The notes below the pieces were generated by a model. That model had not been told where the DNA came from. It did no database searches and was given only the letters and a program-made list of their open reading frames with translations. Positions 37,498 through 47,769 of a DNA stretch of 64,000 nucleotides are shown in pieces; positions within the stretch are counted from its first letter, which is position 1; every line of letters starts with the position of its first letter. The DNA is from Burkholderiales bacterium (GTDB lineage Bacteria > Pseudomonadota > Gammaproteobacteria > Burkholderiales > Burkholderiaceae_C). A program made the position numbers and the translations under genes. The stretch spans positions 1,078-65,077 of the forward strand of contig JAUVYR010000001.1 in NCBI GenBank assembly GCA_030602985.1, written 5' to 3'.

Positions 37498-38797
37498 GCC
37501 GGTACCACAGCATGCCCATGGCCAGGGCCGGGGTACGCAGCAACGGGCCGCCCGGGAAGGGCGTGTGTCGGATGCGGGTGAACACGTCGAAGCGGCTGGC
37601 TTGCCCGGCAATCGCCTCGGCCACCAGCCGGCCGGCCAGGCCGGTCGCCGCCACGCCGTGCCCGCTGAAGCCCTGCAGATAGTACACATGGGGGGACAGG
37701 CGACCAAAATCAGGTGCCCGATTCATGCTGATGTCGACGAAACCACCCCAGACATAATCGACAGGCACCCCTTCGAGTGCAGGAAAAATCCGGACCATCC
37801 GGTCACGCATGACGGCTTTCAGGCGCGGAGGCGTCATGGTGGTGTAACTCACCCGTCCGCCGAAAAGCATGCGGTGGTCCGCGCTGAAGCGGAAGTAGTC
37901 CAGCACGAAATTGTTGTCGCACACAGCAGCATTCGAGGGGATCAAACGCCGGCACAGCGCCGGGTCGATGGGGGCTGTGCCGATGATGTAAGTGCCCACC
38001 GGCATGATGCGACTGTGCAGGGGTTTGGCCAGCTGGGGCGAGATTTCGGGCAGCATGCAGTTGCCCGCCAGAACGGCAAAACCGGCCTGCACGGCGCCCT
38101 TCGGCGTGTGAAGGGTCACCCCCTCGGGCGTGTGGGTCATGGACAGCGCCGGCGTGCCTTCATACAACCGCACGCCCAGCGACTGGGCCGCCTGTGCCAG
38201 CCCCAGGGCGTATTTAAGAGGGTGCAGGTGGCCGGAGGTGTTCTCGTAGGCAGCCGCGTGATACCGGTCACTGGCAATCAGGCGGGCGACGTCCGGGCCC
38301 GTGGCCACATCGCAGGACAAACCGTAGTCACGCGCCTGGGCCTCCAGATCTTCCAGGAGCTGGCGCGCCTTGCGGGGAGAGTCGGCGGCATACAGGTAAC
38401 CGGGCACCCAGTCGCATGCAATCCCGAAACGCTGGATGCGGTCGCGGATGATACCGATGGCCTCCAAAGACATGTCCCAGACGCGGCGCGCATCCTCACG
38501 GCCGAGTTGCTGCTCAAACGGCGCCTGCCCGCTGGCAAAACCCACGATGGCCTGCCCCCCATTGCGACCACTGGCCCCGAAACCCACCCGTTCGGCTTCC
38601 AGGACCACCACATCCATGCCCCGATCCGCCAGCTCGATGGCGGCACTCAAGCCCGCAAAACCACCGCCCACCACCACCACATCGGCCTGAATGGATTGAT
38701 CCAGCACGGGACGAGCCGCTTCGCGCTGCACACTGGCTTCGTAGTAACTGTGCTGATTCAGCACGGTGTCGGAACGCAACAGGGAAGTCTTGAACAT
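37478..38797 (-). CDS. puuB: Gamma-glutamylputrescine oxidoreductase (FAD-dependent)
   Basis: SYYEAS..., DVVVVGGGFAGLSAAIELADRG, FGASGRNGGQ, YYLQGFSGHGV. From memory, it aligns closely with E. coli PuuB along its whole length. Confidence 0.82.
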   Translation of the reverse strand: MFKTSLLRSDTVLNQHSYYEASVQREAARPVLDQSIQADVVVVGGGFAGLSAAIELADRGMDVVVLEAERVGFGASGRNGGQAIVGFASGQAPFEQQLGREDARRVWDMSLEAIGIIRDRIQRFGIACDWVPGYLYAADSPRKARQLLEDLEAQARDYGLSCDVATGPDVARLIASDRYHAAAYENTSGHLHPLKYALGLAQAAQSLGVRLYEGTPALSMTHTPEGVTLHTPKGAVQAGFAVLAGNCMLPEISPQLAKPLHSRIMPVGTYIIGTAPIDPALCRRLIPSNAAVCDNNFVLDYFRFSADHRMLFGGRVSYTTMTPPRLKAVMRDRMVRIFPALEGVPVDYVWGGFVDISMNRAPDFGRLSPHVYYLQGFSGHGVAATGLAGRLVAEAIAGQASRFDVFTRIRHTPFPGGPLLRTPALAMGMLWYRLKDALG

Positions 38798-38872
38798 GGC
38801 AGGCAGCAAGGGCAACAAAGGACCCTTAGAGTAGCCGCTGCAGAGGCCGATCAGAGATCCATTCCCACGCAG

Positions 38873-40135
38873 CTACGGGCGGCCACCCCCATCCACCAGC
38901 GCCCGCTGTCGCCAGGCAAAACCCGCCCCCACCCACAGCGCCACCGCTGAAAACACCAACCCGCGCTGCAAACCGCCAGGACCGTCGGCAATCCAGCCGA
39001 CCACCGTTGGCCCGACAATCTGCCCGATGGCAAACACGATGGTGAAGGCGCTGATGCCCGTGGCCCACTGCGCCGCCGGCAGGTTGTGGCGCACCCAGGC
39101 GGTGGTTGACGCCACCACCGACTGGAACACCCCACCAAACAGCAAGCCCGAGAGCAGCAGCATGGGCCAGGCAGCGGTGAGTGCTGGAATCACGGTGGCC
39201 AGCCCCAGCAAGGCATTCAACCGTGCCAGCGGCTGACCGTCTCTGTGACGATCCAGCAGACCGGCCCAGATGCGCGACGAGGCCACCACCGCCAGCCCGA
39301 GCAGGCTATAGAACAGCGTGATGGCGCCACTGCCCACGCCCTGATCGCGCAAAAGCGCGATCACGAACGTCATGTAGCCAATGTAGCCAACCCCGAACAA
39401 GGTGTATCCGACCAGCGCCGGGGCAAAACGGCGCAAACGCACAGGCGGCAGAGGGGTGGGTGCCGATGGTCCAGCGCTCGGGGCAGGCGGGGCCGCAGAC
39501 CCCGTCCGTGCCAGGGCCCGAACCACCCAGACCAGCGCCAGCGTGGCCAGCACACACAGCAACGCCAGCCACCACCAGGCCCACGCCCAGGCATGGGGCT
39601 GACGCTGCATGGCTTCCAGCACCCAAGGCACCGACACCGCCGACGCCACAATGCCCCAACCCGTTCCTCCGTAATACAGCCCGAGCAACAAGCCACTGCG
39701 CTCGGGCGCCAAAGCCCCCATGCGCGCGGCCAGCAGGCCGCCTGCCACAAACACCCAGGCACTGGCCAGTCCGGCCAGCAGGCGCTGCAACAACAGCGGC
39801 GCCGCATCGACAAAAAAACCGCTTGCAGCCATGAAGACACTGGCCAGGGCTGCGCCCACCACCAGCAAGCGTTCCGGTCCCATGCGCTGCATCAGCCAGG
39901 GGGTGCTCAAGGCGCCCAACAGGTAGCCCATGGCGTTGAAGGTATTCATGGCCCCAGCCAGGGTGTAGCTCCATCCCAGGTCATCGCGCATGGGCGGCAG
40001 CAACAGCCCATAGGCAAAGCGCGTGATGCCCAATGAAACCGCTGCCCCCAGAGACAGCACCAGCGCCAGCCACAAGGTCGACGATGGCTGAACAGGCAAA
40101 GGCGAAGAACCGGATCTTTCGGGTTGATCGGACAT
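38873..40135 (-). CDS. MFS transporter (YbfB/YjiJ-like)
   Basis: About 12 hydrophobic segments, 420 aa. Confidence 0.8.
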   Translation of the reverse strand: MSDQPERSGSSPLPVQPSSTLWLALVLSLGAAVSLGITRFAYGLLLPPMRDDLGWSYTLAGAMNTFNAMGYLLGALSTPWLMQRMGPERLLVVGAALASVFMAASGFFVDAAPLLLQRLLAGLASAWVFVAGGLLAARMGALAPERSGLLLGLYYGGTGWGIVASAVSVPWVLEAMQRQPHAWAWAWWWLALLCVLATLALVWVVRALARTGSAAPPAPSAGPSAPTPLPPVRLRRFAPALVGYTLFGVGYIGYMTFVIALLRDQGVGSGAITLFYSLLGLAVVASSRIWAGLLDRHRDGQPLARLNALLGLATVIPALTAAWPMLLLSGLLFGGVFQSVVASTTAWVRHNLPAAQWATGISAFTIVFAIGQIVGPTVVGWIADGPGGLQRGLVFSAVALWVGAGFAWRQRALVDGGGRP

Positions 40136-40177
40136 GGTTCTGCATGCTACGCCATGGCCGGGGTAAGCTGTTGTGCC

Positions 40178-41542
40178 ATGAGCGACATTTCATCGACTTC
40201 GTCCCCCTTGGCGCCGCTATTCGAAGCAGAGCGGCAACGTTTTCTGGCCAGCCACCCCCGGTCGCTGGCCCTCTCCACCGAATCGCAAGCCCATTTTCTG
40301 TTCGGGGTGCCCCTGCACTGGATGCGCGACTGGCCCACGCCCGGTACCCTGTTTGTCCAGCAGGCCCAGGGCGTGCAGCTGACCTGTGCAGACGGCCACC
40401 GCTATGCCGACTTCTGTCTGGGTGACACCGGCGCCATGTTTGGACACAGCCCGGCACCGGTGGCCGAGGCGATTGCGCGACAGGCGGCACAAGGTCTGAC
40501 CTGCATGCTGCCTGCCGTCGACACCCCCGCCGTGGGCCGGATGCTGAGCGAGCGTTTCGGCCTGCCCGTCTGGCAAATGGCCATGACCGCCAGCGATGCC
40601 AACCGCTTCGTCTTGCGCTGGGCGCGCGCGGTCACCCAGCGGCCCCAGCTGCTGGTGTTCGACGGTTGCTACCACGGCGCGGTTGACGACACCTTGGTCG
40701 ATCGGGACCCGTCAACGGGTCAGACCTTGCCGCGTGCCTCCGTGCTCGGCCAGGTGCACAACCACGCCGCCTACACACGGGTCATTCCCTTCAATGACCT
40801 CGCCGCCCTGGAAGCCGCGCTGTCGGATGGGCAGGTGGCGGCCTTGCTGGCCGAACCCGCGTTGACCAACTTCGGTCTGGTGCCCCCGGATGCCGGTTTC
40901 TGGCCAGCAGCCCAGGCCCTGTGCCGACGCCATGGCACCTTGCTGATCATGGACGAAACGCACACCATCTCGACCGCGCCGGGCGGCTACGCACACGCCC
41001 ACCGGCTGGAGCCCGATTTTCTGGTGATGGGCAAAGCCATCGCCGGTGGTTTGCCCTGTGCCGTGTACGGATTCAGCGCCGACATGGCCCAGCGCATGCG
41101 CGCGGTCAAGGAACAGGCGCCCGAAGGCCACAGCGGGATCGGCACCACCTTGACGGCCAATGCCCTGACGCTCGCCGCCCTGGCTGCGGCTCTGGAACAC
41201 CTGCACACGCCAGCCACCTATGCCCACATGCTGCAACAGGCCGAAGCCCTGGAGCAGGGCCTGATGCAGCGCATCCGAGCCCACCAACGCCCATGGACCG
41301 TGACCCGACTGGGCGCTCGCATGGAACTGCAGTTCATGGCCACCACCCCGCGACAGGCTGACGATGTCCGGCAACATGGCCAACCCGACTGGGAAGCCTT
41401 CACCCACCTCTTCATGCTGAACCGGGGGGTCTTGCTCACACCCTTCCACAGCATGATGCTGTGTTCACCCGCCACGCAGGACAGTGACGTACAACGCTTG
41501 TTGCAGGTGTTTGACGAATTGCTGGCGGTTCTACCGTCGTGA
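40178..41542 (+). CDS. Class III aminotransferase (glutamate-1-semialdehyde aminomutase-like)
   Basis: [35 protein letters not shown] (PLP Lys). The start is uncertain (40154 or 40178). Confidence 0.82.
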   Translation: MSDISSTSSPLAPLFEAERQRFLASHPRSLALSTESQAHFLFGVPLHWMRDWPTPGTLFVQQAQGVQLTCADGHRYADFCLGDTGAMFGHSPAPVAEAIARQAAQGLTCMLPAVDTPAVGRMLSERFGLPVWQMAMTASDANRFVLRWARAVTQRPQLLVFDGCYHGAVDDTLVDRDPSTGQTLPRASVLGQVHNHAAYTRVIPFNDLAALEAALSDGQVAALLAEPALTNFGLVPPDAGFWPAAQALCRRHGTLLIMDETHTISTAPGGYAHAHRLEPDFLVMGKAIAGGLPCAVYGFSADMAQRMRAVKEQAPEGHSGIGTTLTANALTLAALAAALEHLHTPATYAHMLQQAEALEQGLMQRIRAHQRPWTVTRLGARMELQFMATTPRQADDVRQHGQPDWEAFTHLFMLNRGVLLTPFHSMMLCSPATQDSDVQRLLQVFDELLAVLPS

Positions 41543-43804
41543 CTGGCCAGGGGGCTGCCAGCGCTTGAGCCACAGGGCATTGGTCACCACGCTGACCGAA
41601 CTCAGCGCCATGGCCGCACCCGCCACCACCGGGCTGAGATAGCCCAACGCCGCCAGTGGGATGCCGGCGGTGTTGTAAACAAAGGCCCAGAACAGGTTCT
41701 GCCGGATCTTGCTCATGGTGCGGCGGGCAATGTCCAGCGCCGCCCCCACCAGCAAGGGATCGCCCCGCATCAGGGTGATGCCCGCCGCGTGCATGGCTAC
41801 GTCCGACCCCCCCTGGGCATGGCTCATGGCGATGCTGACATCGGCCGCTGCCAGCGCCGGCGCATCATTGACGCCGTCACCCACCATGGTGACGCGCTGG
41901 CCAGATGCCTTGAGTGCCATCACGCGGGCGGCCTTGTCGGCCGGCAGCACATCCGCCAGCACCTCGTCATCCTCGGGACGCAAGCCCAGACGGCGTGCCA
42001 TGGCTTCGGCGGCCCCTCGGTTGTCGCCAGAAATCATGCACAGCCGGTAACCTTGTGCACGCAGGTCTGTCAAGGCTTGCTGGGCATGGGGTTTGGGCTC
42101 GTCGGCAAAGCCCATCAAGGCCAAGGCATGAACAGGTCCGTCGCCGGTGGCCAGCACCGACACGGTCTGACCCTGGGCCTGCAAGGCTTGCACCTGTGTG
42201 GACAAGGGTGCCAAGTCCACCCCCATGTCGGTCATCCAGCGCACACTGCCAAGCCACATCCGGGTGCCCTGCACCTGGCCTTGTGTGCCATGGCCCGGTA
42301 CCGCCTGCACCGATTCTGCAGTCAGCCACGCCTCTGGGGGAGCGTCCAGCGCCTCCACCACTGCGCGGGCCAGGGGATGTTCACTTTGACGTTGCAACGC
42401 CGCGGCCACCTGTAACACCTGACGCTCGTCCACGCCCGGTTCCACCATCAGGCTCACCAGACGCGGCCGTCCTTCGGTCAGGGTACCGGTCTTGTCAAAG
42501 GCCACCACATCCACACGCTGGGCCTGCTCCAGCACGGCAGCATCCTTGATCAGGATGCCGTGCCGGGCCGCCACACCGGTACCGGCCATGATGGCCGTGG
42601 GCGTGGCCAAGCCCAGGGCACAGGGACAGGCAATCACCAGCACCGCCACCGCATGCAACACCGCTTCTTCCAGCGCCACCCCCTGCCAAGCCCACCAGGC
42701 CACAAAGGTCGCGATCGCCACCAGCAAGACCAGCGGCACAAACACGGCAGCCACCCGGTCGACCAGGCGCTGCACGGGCGGCTTGGCCGCCTGCGCGTCC
42801 TGCACCAGGGCAATGATGCGCGACAGCACACTCTGGGTACCCACCGCCACCACCTGAACATGCAACACCCCATCGCCATTCAGGCTCCCCCCCGTGACGG
42901 TGTCACCGGGGGCCTTGGCCACAGGCATGGGCTCGCCCGTGAGCATGGATTCGTCCACGGCGGACTGGCCTTGCACCACCCGCCCATCCGCGGGCAAGCG
43001 CTCGCCGGCCTTGACCAGCACCACATCGTCAGGCAGCAACTCGCTCACCGGCACATCCTGCACCGTATCGCGAAGGCGCCCATCGGGCAGCAGGTGAGCC
43101 ACTTCGGGTCGCAAGGCCTGCAAGGCGCGGATGGCTTCGGTGGTCTGGCGCTTGGCACGGGCTTCCAGCCACTTGCCCAGCAAGACCAGCGTGATGATCA
43201 TGGCCGACGCTTCGTAGTACAAGTGCACCATTTCGCCCGGCTCGGCCCGCCACCACAGCCAGGTACTCAGGCCCCAAGCCGCACTGGTGCCCATGGCCAC
43301 CAGCAACTCCATGTTGCCACTGCGGGCCTTGATGGCGTGCCAACCCGCGCGGTAGAAGCGGGCACCCAGAATGAACTGCACCGGCGTTGCCAAGACAAAT
43401 TGCCACAACGCGGGCAGCATCCAGTGCTGGCCAAACAGGTCACCGACCATCGGCCCTGCCAGAGGCAGGGTCAGCAGAATCCCCCACAACACCGGCCAGA
43501 AATCGCGAGGCACCCCAAACAAGGGAGGTAATGAAGGGGTTTCGACGGCCTCCATGGCCCGGGGTTCGTAACCCGCGTCACGCACGGCACGTTGCAAGCG
43601 GGCTTGCCAGGCAGCCGGGGCATCGTCGGTTGGGGGCTGGCCCAGCACGCGGGCGGACTCGGTGGCCAGATTGACGGACACCGACTGCACCCCAGGCACA
43701 CGCTGCAAGGCACGTTCAACCCGTCCCACGCAGCTGGCACAGGTCATGCCCGACACGCCAAGGTCGACAGACACGACAGCGTTTGGTTCAGCAACAGTTT
43801 CCAT
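41531..43804 (-). CDS. copA: Copper-translocating P1B-type ATPase
   Basis: N-terminal HMA GMTCASC, TM CPC motif ([11 protein letters not shown]), [17 protein letters not shown]. Confidence 0.95.
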   Translation of the reverse strand: METVAEPNAVVSVDLGVSGMTCASCVGRVERALQRVPGVQSVSVNLATESARVLGQPPTDDAPAAWQARLQRAVRDAGYEPRAMEAVETPSLPPLFGVPRDFWPVLWGILLTLPLAGPMVGDLFGQHWMLPALWQFVLATPVQFILGARFYRAGWHAIKARSGNMELLVAMGTSAAWGLSTWLWWRAEPGEMVHLYYEASAMIITLVLLGKWLEARAKRQTTEAIRALQALRPEVAHLLPDGRLRDTVQDVPVSELLPDDVVLVKAGERLPADGRVVQGQSAVDESMLTGEPMPVAKAPGDTVTGGSLNGDGVLHVQVVAVGTQSVLSRIIALVQDAQAAKPPVQRLVDRVAAVFVPLVLLVAIATFVAWWAWQGVALEEAVLHAVAVLVIACPCALGLATPTAIMAGTGVAARHGILIKDAAVLEQAQRVDVVAFDKTGTLTEGRPRLVSLMVEPGVDERQVLQVAAALQRQSEHPLARAVVEALDAPPEAWLTAESVQAVPGHGTQGQVQGTRMWLGSVRWMTDMGVDLAPLSTQVQALQAQGQTVSVLATGDGPVHALALMGFADEPKPHAQQALTDLRAQGYRLCMISGDNRGAAEAMARRLGLRPEDDEVLADVLPADKAARVMALKASGQRVTMVGDGVNDAPALAAADVSIAMSHAQGGSDVAMHAAGITLMRGDPLLVGAALDIARRTMSKIRQNLFWAFVYNTAGIPLAALGYLSPVVAGAAMALSSVSVVTNALWLKRWQPPGQSRR

Positions 43805-43810
43805 GTGTCC

Positions 43811-43841
43811 AGTATGAACCTTGACACCATGGGAAAGTCAA
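43811..43841 (-). promoter_or_regulatory. MerR/CueR-type promoter of copA (TTGACT - 19 nt - CATACT)
   Basis: The 19-bp spacer carries the dyad ACTTT-N11-AAGGT. The -10 ends 6 nt before the copA ATG. Confidence 0.7.
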
Positions 43842-43846
43842 GGGGC

Positions 43847-43877
43847 TTGACCTTGACACCATGGGAAGGTGGATACT
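43847..43877 (+). promoter_or_regulatory. MerR/CueR-type promoter of copZ-cueR (TTGACC - 19 nt - GATACT)
   Basis: The dyad ACCTT-N11-AAGGT starts at the 4th base of the -35, the same layout I recall for E. coli PcopA. Confidence 0.7.
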
Positions 43878-43902
43878 GGGGCTTTTAATGAAAGGAAATC
43901 CC

Positions 43903-44097
43903 ATGGAACACCAGTTCAACGTGCAGGGCATGACCTGTGGCCACTGTGAAAAGGCTGTCCGTCAAGCGCTTCTGGCAGTCGACCCCGAAGCCAGCGTGCA
44001 AATTGACCGCACCAGCGGTGATGTCAAGGTGCAAAGCACAGCCACCCACGACGCCTTGGCCGCTGCCATCCAGGAAGAAGGCTACACCGTGGCCTGA
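43903..44097 (+). CDS. copZ: Copper chaperone CopZ (HMA domain)
   Basis: MEHQFNVQGMTCGHCEKAV, 64 aa. AGGA lies upstream of the ATG at 43903. Confidence 0.88.
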   Translation: MEHQFNVQGMTCGHCEKAVRQALLAVDPEASVQIDRTSGDVKVQSTATHDALAAAIQEEGYTVA

Positions 44098-44104
44098 AGT
44101 TGAC

Positions 44105-44524
44105 ATGAGCGCCTCCCCTTCAGGATGGCCTGGACCGGTGCAGATCGGGCAGGCCGCCCAACAATCCGGCGTGTCATCCAAGATGATTCGTCACTACGAA
44201 TCCCTGGGCCTGCTGCCACCCATCCACCGCAGCGATGGCGGCTACCGCCTGTACAGCGACAACGACATCCACACGCTGCGCTTCATCAAGCGGGCACGCG
44301 ACCTGGGTTTTTCCATGGATGACATCGCCGAACTGGTCAACCTCTGGCACAACCGGCAACGGTCAAGTGCCCAGGTCAAAAAGATTGCCGACAGTCACCT
44401 GCAACGACTGCGAGAACGCATTGCCCAGTTGCAGGCGATGGAACGCAGTCTGGAACAACTGACCGCCTGTTGCCAGGGGAACGAACGCCCCGATTGCCCG
44501 ATTCTGGACGATCTGGCTCGATAG
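44105..44524 (+). CDS. cueR: Cu(I)-responsive MerR-family regulator CueR
   Basis: IGQAAQQSGVSSKMIRHYESLGLL, YRLYSDNDIHTLRFIKRARDLGFS, and a C-terminal C-x7-C metal loop (CCQGNERPDCPIL). Confidence 0.88.
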   Translation: MSASPSGWPGPVQIGQAAQQSGVSSKMIRHYESLGLLPPIHRSDGGYRLYSDNDIHTLRFIKRARDLGFSMDDIAELVNLWHNRQRSSAQVKKIADSHLQRLRERIAQLQAMERSLEQLTACCQGNERPDCPILDDLAR

Positions 44525-44540
44525 AAAAAATAAATACCTC

Positions 44541-44591
44541 ACAAGTCTGTGGATAAAAAAAGAACAATCCATACCTTATCCACAGACCTGT
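44541..44591. promoter_or_regulatory. Inverted pair of perfect DnaA boxes
   Basis: TGTGGATAA (44548-44556) and TTATCCACA (44576-44584) lie inside 16-bp inverted arms (15/16 match) separated by a 19-bp A-rich spacer. Confidence 0.6.
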
Positions 44592-44638
44592 GTAAAAAGA
44601 GTCAATTGTTCATGTGAAGCACTCGGGTTCAAGAAACG

Positions 44639-44647
44639 TCATCCACA
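44639..44647. promoter_or_regulatory. Third DnaA-box-like site
   Basis: TCATCCACA matches TTATCCACA at 8/9 positions. Confidence 0.4.
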
Positions 44648-44850
44648 GGCTAGACCATCAGACAAGTGCTTGAATCAGCAGGTCTTTTTGAGTTGTCCCC
44701 GTGTTTGCGCTGTCTTCTACTACAACGACTATCTTTGAAAAAGAAAATAGGTAAGAAGGCAACAGGGATGGGCAAGCCTGTATACCGGCCATTTGCTGGC
44801 TCAGCCTGACAAGGCTGTTAAGATTTGCTTTTCCCACCCGATGCCTGTCC

Positions 44851-45582
44851 ATGTCGTCTGCGCCTGCAGCTCCTGCCCTCTGTTTTGACCTCAAAAGCAC
44901 CCAGTGGCCCCTGGTGGCTTTGCATTTGCGCAGCAACGATCTCGTCCAACTGCAAAAGGACTGGCTGATTCGCTTCGGCGAACAGGACGACTTTTTTGAT
45001 CAGGACCCACTCCTGATCGATCTGACTGGGCTGCCCGGTCATGAGGTGATCGACTTTTCTGTCTTGCTGGACTGGTTGCAAGGCCAACGGCTGCGCCCCC
45101 TGGCTTACAAAGGGGGGAATGAGGTCCAACGTCTGGCAGCCGAGGCAGCGGGTCTGGCTCTGGCCGATGATGCGCGGCCAGTCTTGACCGAAGCCCATCC
45201 GACAGCGGTTGCTCCACCGGTGGCTGCCCCACCTCACCCCAGCGCCCTGGTGATCGACAAACCCCTGCGTTCGGGCCAGCAGGTGTATGCCCGTGGCCGA
45301 GATCTCATCATCACCGCCATGGTCAATCCGGGCGCTGAGGTGGTGGCCGATGGGCATATCCACGTCTATGCGCCCTTGCGGGGCAAGGCGATCGCAGGCG
45401 CCCGTGGCGATGCCAGCGCTCGCATTTTTGCCCGTGTCCTGGAAGCCGAGCTGGTGTCGATTGCCGGTGTGTACCGCACCAGCGATGTGCCCTTGCCCGA
45501 TGATGTTCGTGGCAAAGCGGCACAGATTCGCCTAGACAGCAGCAATCAAGGTGATCGTTTGCTGATCGAACCCTTGTCCTGA
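44851..45582 (+). CDS. minC: Septum site-determining protein MinC
   Basis: C-terminal beta-helix (LRSGQQVYARGRDLIITAMVNPGAEVVADGHIHVYAPLRGKAIAG). Followed by minD and minE. Confidence 0.93.
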   Translation: MSSAPAAPALCFDLKSTQWPLVALHLRSNDLVQLQKDWLIRFGEQDDFFDQDPLLIDLTGLPGHEVIDFSVLLDWLQGQRLRPLAYKGGNEVQRLAAEAAGLALADDARPVLTEAHPTAVAPPVAAPPHPSALVIDKPLRSGQQVYARGRDLIITAMVNPGAEVVADGHIHVYAPLRGKAIAGARGDASARIFARVLEAELVSIAGVYRTSDVPLPDDVRGKAAQIRLDSSNQGDRLLIEPLS

Positions 45583-45610
45583 TTTTTATTGCTTTATCCG
45601 AAAGCCATCC

Positions 45611-46423
45611 ATGACCAAAATCGTTGTTGTCACCTCCGGCAAAGGCGGCGTGGGCAAAACCACGACCAGCGCCAGCTTTGCGGCCGGATTGGCCTTGAAA
45701 GGCTTCAAGACGGTCGTTATCGACTTCGACGTCGGCCTGCGCAATCTGGACCTCATCATGGGCTGTGAACGGCGCGTGGTGTATGACTTCATCAACGTCA
45801 TCCACAACGAGGCCAACCTGAATCAGGCCCTGATCAAGGACAAGCAGTGCGAGAACCTCTTTGTACTGGCCGCCAGCCAGACGCGTGACAAGGATGCCCT
45901 GACCCAGGACGGTGTGGAGCGCGTACTCAACGATCTGGCCGGCATGGGCTTTGACTACATCGTCTGTGACTCGCCCGCTGGCATTGAAACGGGCGCTCTG
46001 ATGGCCATGCACTTTGCCGATGAAGCCCTCGTGGTCACCAACCCCGAAGTCTCCAGCGTGCGGGACAGTGACCGCATCCTGGGCATGCTGGGCAGCAAGA
46101 CCAAACGCGCCATTGAAGGCAAGGAGCCCATCAAGGAACACCTGCTGATCACCCGCTACAACCCCAACCGCGTGCAGGACGGGCAGATGCTGTCGCTGGA
46201 AGACATCCAGGACATCCTGCGCATCAAGCTCATCGGTGTGATTCCGGAAAGCGAGAATGTGCTGCAGGCATCTAACCAAGGTGTGCCCGCCGTGCACCTG
46301 CAAGGCACTGAGGTGTCGGAAGCTTACAAGGACGTGATTGAGCGCTTTCTGGGCAACGACAAACCCCTGCGCTTCATTGAAGCTCAAAAACCTGGCCTAC
46401 TCAAGCGGCTGTTCGGGAGGTGA
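45611..46423 (+). CDS. minD: Septum site-determining ATPase MinD
   Basis: [16 protein letters not shown], and a C-terminal amphipathic helix GLLKRLFG. Confidence 0.97.
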   Translation: MTKIVVVTSGKGGVGKTTTSASFAAGLALKGFKTVVIDFDVGLRNLDLIMGCERRVVYDFINVIHNEANLNQALIKDKQCENLFVLAASQTRDKDALTQDGVERVLNDLAGMGFDYIVCDSPAGIETGALMAMHFADEALVVTNPEVSSVRDSDRILGMLGSKTKRAIEGKEPIKEHLLITRYNPNRVQDGQMLSLEDIQDILRIKLIGVIPESENVLQASNQGVPAVHLQGTEVSEAYKDVIERFLGNDKPLRFIEAQKPGLLKRLFGR

Positions 46424-46428
46424 GTGGC

Positions 46429-46689
46429 ATGTCGTTTCTGTCCTTCCTGCTGGGTGAAAAAAAGAAGACGGCCAGTGTGGCCAAAGAGCGCCTGCAGATC
46501 ATTCTGGCGCATGAGCGAAGCGGTCGCAATGCGGCCGAACCCGATTACCTGCCTGACCTGCAACGTGAGCTGGTGGCCGTGATCAGCAAATACGTGCGCA
46601 TCAACCCGGACGACATCAAAGTGCAACTGGAACGCCAGGACAACCTGGAAGTGCTGGAAGTGAAGATCGAGCTGCCGGATTCACGTTGA
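46429..46689 (+). CDS. minE: Cell division topological specificity factor MinE
   Basis: [36 protein letters not shown] lies before the ATG at 46429. Confidence 0.93.
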   Translation: MSFLSFLLGEKKKTASVAKERLQIILAHERSGRNAAEPDYLPDLQRELVAVISKYVRINPDDIKVQLERQDNLEVLEVKIELPDSR

Positions 46690-46693
46690 TCTC

Positions 46694-47707
46694 TCAGAGA
46701 CGCTGGGCTTTCCTTTGTTTTTTGACGACATACATCGCCTGATCAGCATGGTCAATGGCTGATTGCGCATCCGTCTGCCCGGGAACCGCTACCACACAGG
46801 CGATGCTGGCGCCAGGGTAATCCAGCGTCGATTGACCGAGTCTGTAAGTGCCTTCAATAGCCCTGTGCAGGCGCTGTTCAAGAGCGCTGACTGCGGAGGG
46901 CGCATGGTCCCTGTCTTGAGGTCCTGGGCCAATCACGACGAACTCGTCGCCACCCACGCGACAGGCCATGTCAGATGCACGAAGGGTTTGCTGGAGTCGC
47001 TCAGCCACCGACTGCAGGAATAGATATCCTGTGGCATGTCCGTACTGATCGTTGATGGTTTTGAACCCATCCAGATCGATATATGCCACCAGTACACAAA
47101 ATCCTTGCCGTTCCCCCACTTGCAGCAGCCTTGTGAGTTCGTGCTGCAGTGTGCGACGGTTCGGTAAACCAGTCAGGGAATCCAGCGCGGATTCAAGTGT
47201 CAGCAAGTGGTTAAGGTGAACCAGTTGCTGAATCAGCCGTTCTCTTTCGACCGACTGCGCAATCAATGCAGCCAGCAGAGGCAAGAGTCGTGCAGCATCT
47301 TCACTCAGTGGGAGTTGTTTCTCACTCGCTGCACACAGGGTCCCATACAACGTGCCATCGGACAGTTGGATGGGTGTGGTGAGATATGAGTGGATGCCGA
47401 GTTCATGAGCGGTATGGGCATCCGGCCAACATTGTCTGACATCGTCGGTATAAAACTGTTGGCTATCCAGTGCCCGTTTGCACAAGGTGTTATGCCAAGG
47501 CACTTTCAGCCCTTCAGTCATCTGAAGCTGTGCGGTGTTACGAGCGTAGAGGATTTCCTGCTCTTGCTGACCGAGGTCGATCCGCGTGAGATAAGTGGAC
47601 TCCATGCCTGTGATCGAACCCAGTAGCTCAAGGAAGGGACGCGTGACCTCTTCCAGGGTCTGCGCCTGGGAGATGGTCTGGGTCAACTGGGAAAAAAGGT
47701 TGTCCAT
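46694..47707 (-). CDS. GAF domain diguanylate cyclase (GGDEF)
   Basis: N-terminal GAF-like domain. GGDEF domain with RVGGDEFVVIG and an RxxD-type context. Confidence 0.88.
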   Translation of the reverse strand: MDNLFSQLTQTISQAQTLEEVTRPFLELLGSITGMESTYLTRIDLGQQEQEILYARNTAQLQMTEGLKVPWHNTLCKRALDSQQFYTDDVRQCWPDAHTAHELGIHSYLTTPIQLSDGTLYGTLCAASEKQLPLSEDAARLLPLLAALIAQSVERERLIQQLVHLNHLLTLESALDSLTGLPNRRTLQHELTRLLQVGERQGFCVLVAYIDLDGFKTINDQYGHATGYLFLQSVAERLQQTLRASDMACRVGGDEFVVIGPGPQDRDHAPSAVSALEQRLHRAIEGTYRLGQSTLDYPGASIACVVAVPGQTDAQSAIDHADQAMYVVKKQRKAQRL

Positions 47708-47769
47708 ACGACCACACTCTAAACCCAAATAGCCAGAGGGTGAACCACCCTCCAGCTATCGAATGTCTA

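Noticed and set aside
43818-43867. The 18-bp direct duplication as a CRISPR or tandem-repeat array.
   Set aside because: There are only two copies, and each is explained as the core of a MerR-type promoter/operator.
44545-44587. The GTCTGTGGATAA / TTATCCACAGAC inverted repeat as the cueR transcription terminator.
   Set aside because: It has a 19-nt loop, an AT-rich stem and no downstream T run. The arms are exact DnaA boxes, which is a more specific explanation.
44658-44936. 92-aa minus-strand ORF in the AT-rich cueR-minC gap.
   Set aside because: It runs antisense across the minC start. There is no RBS or homology signal, and the gap is better explained as regulatory DNA.
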